This document shows positions 61,089-64,000 of a DNA stretch of 64,000 nucleotides, one piece after another. A model generated the notes under the pieces. It saw nothing but the letters and a program-made list of their open reading frames with translations, was not told where the DNA came from and searched no databases. Source of the stretch: Aphanothece sp. CMT-3BRIN-NPC111 (GTDB lineage Bacteria; Cyanobacteriota; Cyanobacteriia; Cyanobacteriales; JAHHGU01); assembly GCA_019359765.1 (NCBI GenBank), contig JAHHGU010000009.1, forward strand, positions 18,776 through 82,775, read 5' to 3'. Each line of letters begins with the position of its first letter. The first letter of the stretch is position 1. Position numbers and translations under genes: made by a program.

Positions 61089-62795
61089 ATGTTTAAAAAT
61101 GTCACCGAGGCTTTTCAAAAAGGGCTAAGGGCAATATTGCAAGAAGGAGAGGTCGTTTTAGTGCGATCGCATGAAGCGAGGGAAGTGCGATCGCATCTAA
61201 TTAAGATTGCATCACCCTTAGAGCGGGTGTACGTTATTCCTCATGTATATAATAACATCTTCGCTCAAATTGCGGAAACGCTCTGGATGATTTCCGGACG
61301 CAATGACACAGCTTTATTGTCACATTACCTGCCGCCTACTGAAGATTTTGCCGATGATAGCAACATAAGGAGAAGCGCTTACAGCAATTGGTTAAGAAAC
61401 TGGCAAGGTATAGATCAGATTAAAGAAGTAGCTAGAATTCTGCGCCAAGACTGTAACAAGAGCAATGCTGTAATAGTAAAGTTTGACCTTGCACAAGATT
61501 ATATAGAAGGTCAAGACATTTCTGGCAATAGTTGGCTTCATTTTCTGATTAGAAATGGACGCTTGCACTTAAACGTATCTATTTGCTCTAATGATATCTG
61601 GTCGGATTTTTCAGGAATTACTACATTTGAATTGAGTGTCCTGCATGAGATGATGGCTTATTGGACAGGAACTCAAGTGGGAGAGTATAGTCACTTCGCT
61701 AGTTCTTTTTACTTATATGAACGCCATTATCAGCAGGCTAAAAAGATAATTGCTAGCTCCCAAGATAAAAGCTTGTATGACTTCGGATTTACGAACCCTC
61801 CCTTTAGCACCCCGTTAGAAGAGTTTGATGGGGCAATGGGATGTTGGTTTGCCATAGAAGATAAAATGCGGCATGGTGAGATAAATCTTTCCCAGGAAAT
61901 CAATAGCCTTAACGATAGCTTTCTCAGAAATAGCTTAGAAATGCTCTATATTTATAATCGACATCTGCATGGTGCTGAGCAAAATGAGATTGCCCAGCTT
62001 ATAGAATATTTACCGACTAATGATTTTAAGATTGGGGCGATAGAGTATTTTTCGCGTGAATTAAATAATCAAAACTTTGTGAAGCTTCAGGATAAAGAGC
62101 GAGAATATTTTCAGTATTTATGGGGAGGGAGGACAGCAGATAATGATTATGTTGGTATAGAAGATAGCTTAGCCTCTAAACATCCTACCCTCAACGTTGC
62201 TAAATTTGTATCTATTTTTGACCAATTAAGCATACTTCACACGAAGAAAAGCCTTGTTTATAAGGATAGTTGGAAAAAACATGGGGAATTGTTGGGAGTT
62301 TTCGGGAGTATTGCCCGAAAGTACGATCGCATAGAAGTGCTGATGACAGAAGAAGTTAAACCAACCTCTGATGAGTCTCTCTTCGATACTGTTGCCGATA
62401 TGGCTGTTTATGCAACTAAATATCTTACTTATTTAGCAGAACATTACCAATTAATTTTTCAGGATTTCATTTTACAATATCCGCCTATAGAGGCAATTGA
62501 AAATTACTGCTATAATGAAGGATTCGATTCCGTAACTAAAATTTTGAGCAGGCGATATGAAAGTTCTGCAAAATGGGAGCAAATATCTAGCTACGGTGAT
62601 TGTTTTTTAGCTATTAAAGAGAACTACAAAGGGCTTGAGAATTTACTACTGAAGGGAGATTGGCGTAGAAGCGATCCTCAGAAATGTTCGCTGACGGCTG
62701 ATTTAGCCATTAGTTCAATCCACTATCTTGTGTTGGCATCAACAAAGGAACCAGAAAATTTCCATAAACTCCTCAGGTATATAGAAATCCTCTAG
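61089..62795 (+). CDS. Thymidylate-synthase-like domain (degenerate active site) fused to a DUF1599/Nmad1-like domain
   Basis: AETLWMISGRND, IDQIKEV, CSND and GEYSHFASSFYLY; C-terminal KKSLVYKDSW...KYDRI...ESLFDTVADMAVY. Confidence 0.7.
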   Translation: MFKNVTEAFQKGLRAILQEGEVVLVRSHEAREVRSHLIKIASPLERVYVIPHVYNNIFAQIAETLWMISGRNDTALLSHYLPPTEDFADDSNIRRSAYSNWLRNWQGIDQIKEVARILRQDCNKSNAVIVKFDLAQDYIEGQDISGNSWLHFLIRNGRLHLNVSICSNDIWSDFSGITTFELSVLHEMMAYWTGTQVGEYSHFASSFYLYERHYQQAKKIIASSQDKSLYDFGFTNPPFSTPLEEFDGAMGCWFAIEDKMRHGEINLSQEINSLNDSFLRNSLEMLYIYNRHLHGAEQNEIAQLIEYLPTNDFKIGAIEYFSRELNNQNFVKLQDKEREYFQYLWGGRTADNDYVGIEDSLASKHPTLNVAKFVSIFDQLSILHTKKSLVYKDSWKKHGELLGVFGSIARKYDRIEVLMTEEVKPTSDESLFDTVADMAVYATKYLTYLAEHYQLIFQDFILQYPPIEAIENYCYNEGFDSVTKILSRRYESSAKWEQISSYGDCFLAIKENYKGLENLLLKGDWRRSDPQKCSLTADLAISSIHYLVLASTKEPENFHKLLRYIEIL

Positions 62796-62836
62796 GTTCT
62801 TCTTGCCATAAAAGCTTTATTAATATATAGAGTATG

Positions 62837-62992
62837 GTTAAAGGTGAGCGCGATCGCGGATATCTCCCACCCCCTCAGAATTTACCTACCAAACCACTGC
62901 CGAGTAGCTCGATTCAACGCCTCAGCAGCAATCATCGCCTGAAAGACTTACTGGAAGCCTGTTTTAACCTGCGGCACTCGCGGTCTTCATAA
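62837..62992 (+). pseudogene. Degenerate duplicate of the 3' end (56781-56946) of the flavoprotein gene
   Basis: Shared blocks gttaaaggtg.gcgcgatcgc, caacgcctcagcagcaat, aaagacttactggaag and tttaacctgcggc, with indels. Confidence 0.88.
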
Positions 62993-63061
62993 ATTTTCAA
63001 TAGAAGTGTTCACAGAGTCTGTTATGGTACGGTTGGACTTTTTTTTGACTTCTAGCCAACC

Positions 63062-64000
63062 ATGACAGCAACGGGTCAGGTAACTCAATTCCAGTACAAG
63101 CCACTGCATAAGCCAAACCAGCTGATTTATGGAACTGGGCAAACGGCGGTAGTGACAGGGTGGACTGTTAAGCAAGCGATCGCTAAACAGCTACAACCCT
63201 ATGAATATGCTGTTATTGGTCAACTTTACTCTCCAACTAGAGGTATTAGCTTCTTACTCAGAAATCTACTAGCTAATCCTCATGTTCGCTTCTTAGTCGT
63301 CCTGAATGCGACTAGGGAAGACCGCAACGCTGGTGGAAGTCAATGTTTACTAGATTTTTTCCGCAACGGCTTTACAGAAGGTAAGAGCGATACAGGGCGT
63401 CCTTGCTGGGTAATTTGTTCTCAAGTCGCTGGATACATTGATATTGAGATTGACGCTAGTGCTTTAGAACAGCTGCGGCAATCTGTGGAATGGCAAGAAG
63501 CAAAATCAATAGAAAATGCAATTCATCAAGTTAAGGATTATGCACAAAAAACTGCAAGCGATCCTTGGGGTTCCCCATTAGAATTTCCTACTACTGAAAC
63601 TGTCCCAACTGTCTTACCAGGTTCACGCTATGGTCATCGCATTGAAGGAAAAACAATAGCCGAAACTTGGGTAAAAATTATTCATAGAATTAAGACAACC
63701 GGAACAATTCGACCGACTGGCTATGATGGGCAATGGCAAGAGTTAATTGATTTAATGGCTGTTGTCACGGATGAGCCAGCTAATTTTTATTTTCCAGAAC
63801 CTAATTATTTACCGTGCGATCGCGCTTTCATTGAAGAGTATATATCCCAAATCTTAGACGATGCTCCTTACCAGGAAGGCGTTAAGTATACATACGGCCA
63901 ACGAATGCGTTCTTGGTTCGGACGGGATCAGATTGAGCAAGTTATCCAAAAGTTAATAGGAGAAATTGACGCAGCTAGTGCTGTCATGTCACTGTGGGAT
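63062..64000 (+). CDS. thyA: Long-form cyanobacterial thymidylate synthase, truncated by the window end
   Basis: My translation MTATGQVTQF...GQLYSPTRGISFLLRNLLANP...YTYGQRMR...DQIEQVIQKL...AVMSLWD is open to the end; the catalytic Cys would lie beyond the window. Confidence 0.75.
   Translation, partial: MTATGQVTQFQYKPLHKPNQLIYGTGQTAVVTGWTVKQAIAKQLQPYEYAVIGQLYSPTRGISFLLRNLLANPHVRFLVVLNATREDRNAGGSQCLLDFFRNGFTEGKSDTGRPCWVICSQVAGYIDIEIDASALEQLRQSVEWQEAKSIENAIHQVKDYAQKTASDPWGSPLEFPTTETVPTVLPGSRYGHRIEGKTIAETWVKIIHRIKTTGTIRPTGYDGQWQELIDLMAVVTDEPANFYFPEPNYLPCDRAFIEEYISQILDDAPYQEGVKYTYGQRMRSWFGRDQIEQVIQKLIGEIDAASAVMSLWD

Larger units (their letters stand above)
1..64000. repeat. HIP1 octamer GCGATCGC dispersed throughout
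   Basis: Dozens of copies in coding and intergenic DNA; characteristic of cyanobacteria. Confidence 0.95.

Noticed and set aside
62987-63175. 62-aa minus-strand ORF
   Set aside because: Antisense to the thyA start

Overview
Cyanobacterial chromosomal window, most likely from a filamentous strain. The evidence is the very frequent HIP1 octamer GCGATCGC, STRR/SDR micro-repeats and cyanobacterial marker genes. The core backbone comprises crtH, upp, ycf19/yggT, aroE, a Na+/H+ antiporter, rbp-rpsU, acnB, pirA-like, folC, pilMNOQ, HU, cobD and the 5' part of thyA. Accessory blocks: (1) a qNor-PTOX-YwiC-cupin-methyltransferase cluster carrying three copies of a shared TGAG-N4-CTCA palindrome, with a Crp/Fnr regulator at the window start; (2) a small secreted protein paired with a large envelope protein; (3) NucS-like and HicAB loci; (4) a four-gene wHTH / P-loop ATPase / DUF1802-Mrr-like nuclease / P-loop ATPase locus, the best candidate for an undescribed defence system; (5) a ~5.9 kb island flanked by a degenerate duplicate of a flavoprotein gene's 3' end, carrying two hybrid kinases and a catalytically degenerate thymidylate-synthase-like/DUF1599 fusion, directly upstream of thyA. 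Features missing from the ORF track but read from the sequence are rpsU, a broken hicA, thyA (runs off the end) and the iron-stress sRNA IsaR1. No CRISPR array, rRNA, tRNA or intact transposase was seen. All family calls come from recognising motifs by eye; no database search was run.
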